Below, in pieces: positions 55,856 to 56,248 of a stretch of DNA of 56,248 nucleotides. Origin of the DNA: a virus. Lineage: Duplodnaviria; Caudoviricetes. The notes beneath the pieces are model-generated. The model did no database searches. It was not told the origin of the DNA and worked only from the letters and a program-made list of their open reading frames with translations. Numbering within the stretch: position 1 is the stretch's first letter; each line of letters begins with the position of its first letter. The translations under genes were made by a program, and so were the position numbers. The stretch is taken from IMG/VR virus record IMGVR_UViG_3300033149_003977, positions 1 to 56,248 of that record. The stretch is one strand, 5' to 3'.

Positions 55856-56248
55856 ATGGAGACACGGCTTTTTTCACATTTCGGGACGGTCGAGGCCCCG
55901 GACCAGATCACGGTCTATGGGCCGCTCCGGAGAACCATTTGGGCCGAGAGGCGACTCTCTGATGCCCTGCGGCTAGTGCAGGACATCGAAAGAAATTGGA
56001 ATGGGTATGACACGCTCCCTGGGGGTGCATCCTCATATTACGAGGATGCGCTGGAGGAGTTAAAGTACGCTGAGCGTATTCACGCTCAGCGCACTCGGCA
56101 TATGGTCACGGTCATGCAAGAGGAAAGCGGTGTAAAAGCAACCGCTATCCTCTTGCCAGAGGAAAACTACCAGGATCAAGCCGTCCTGGTGGTTGAGTGT
56201 GAGTTGGGCGGGTGGCGCGAGGTTGGAGTGGTCAATTGGCCACTCCAG
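55856..56248 (+). CDS. Hypothetical protein spanning the circular join (continues 54-128; ~155 aa)
   Basis: AAGGAG RBS, ATG 55856, no stop before the end; in-frame TAA at 126-128. Confidence 0.75.
   Translation, partial: METRLFSHFGTVEAPDQITVYGPLRRTIWAERRLSDALRLVQDIERNWNGYDTLPGGASSYYEDALEELKYAERIHAQRTRHMVTVMQEESGVKATAILLPEENYQDQAVLVVECELGGWREVGVVNWPLQ

Noticed and set aside
1-56248. Genome-wide TGA reassignment (code 4/25)
   Set aside because: Many genes end at TGA with tight ATGA overlaps or an RBS right after; only the 25271 TGA interrupts a gene

Overview
This window is an apparently complete, circular ~56.2-kb tailed dsDNA phage genome, probably a siphovirus. Bases 1-53 repeat exactly at 56196-56248, and an ORF reads in frame across that join. 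Almost all genes are on the + strand, in four blocks: (1) an early/host-takeover region with small ORFs separated by repeated structured spacers, a pentapeptide-repeat protein and an ArdC-like protein; (2) a packaging/DNA-modification block with HTH, solo Cas4-like nuclease, ParB-like protein, GREB1/TAGT-like glycosyltransferase, TerS, TerL and an intein-containing DNA methyltransferase; (3) head, tail and lysis genes, including beta-helix proteins, two tandem tail-tube/beta-propeller paralogues and a 1837-aa tape measure; (4) a replication block with SNF2 helicase, SSB-like protein, RepB-like primase, UvrD helicase, MazG, SLT and VRR-NUC. I saw no integrase, DNA polymerase, tRNA or CRISPR array. 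The most striking signals are not in the ORF track. First, a hidden 88-codon gene in the neck operon (25265-25531) has an in-frame UGA at codon 3 followed by a bacterial SECIS-like hairpin, suggesting a phage selenoprotein. Second, the methyltransferase intein carries its HNH homing endonuclease overprinted in the +1 frame, with both frames open for about 700 nt. Third, there is a type II hammerhead ribozyme at 42744-42800. There is also a likely +1 tail-chaperone frameshift and a network of repeated promoters and palindromes. All family calls come from motif recognition by eye; no database search was run.
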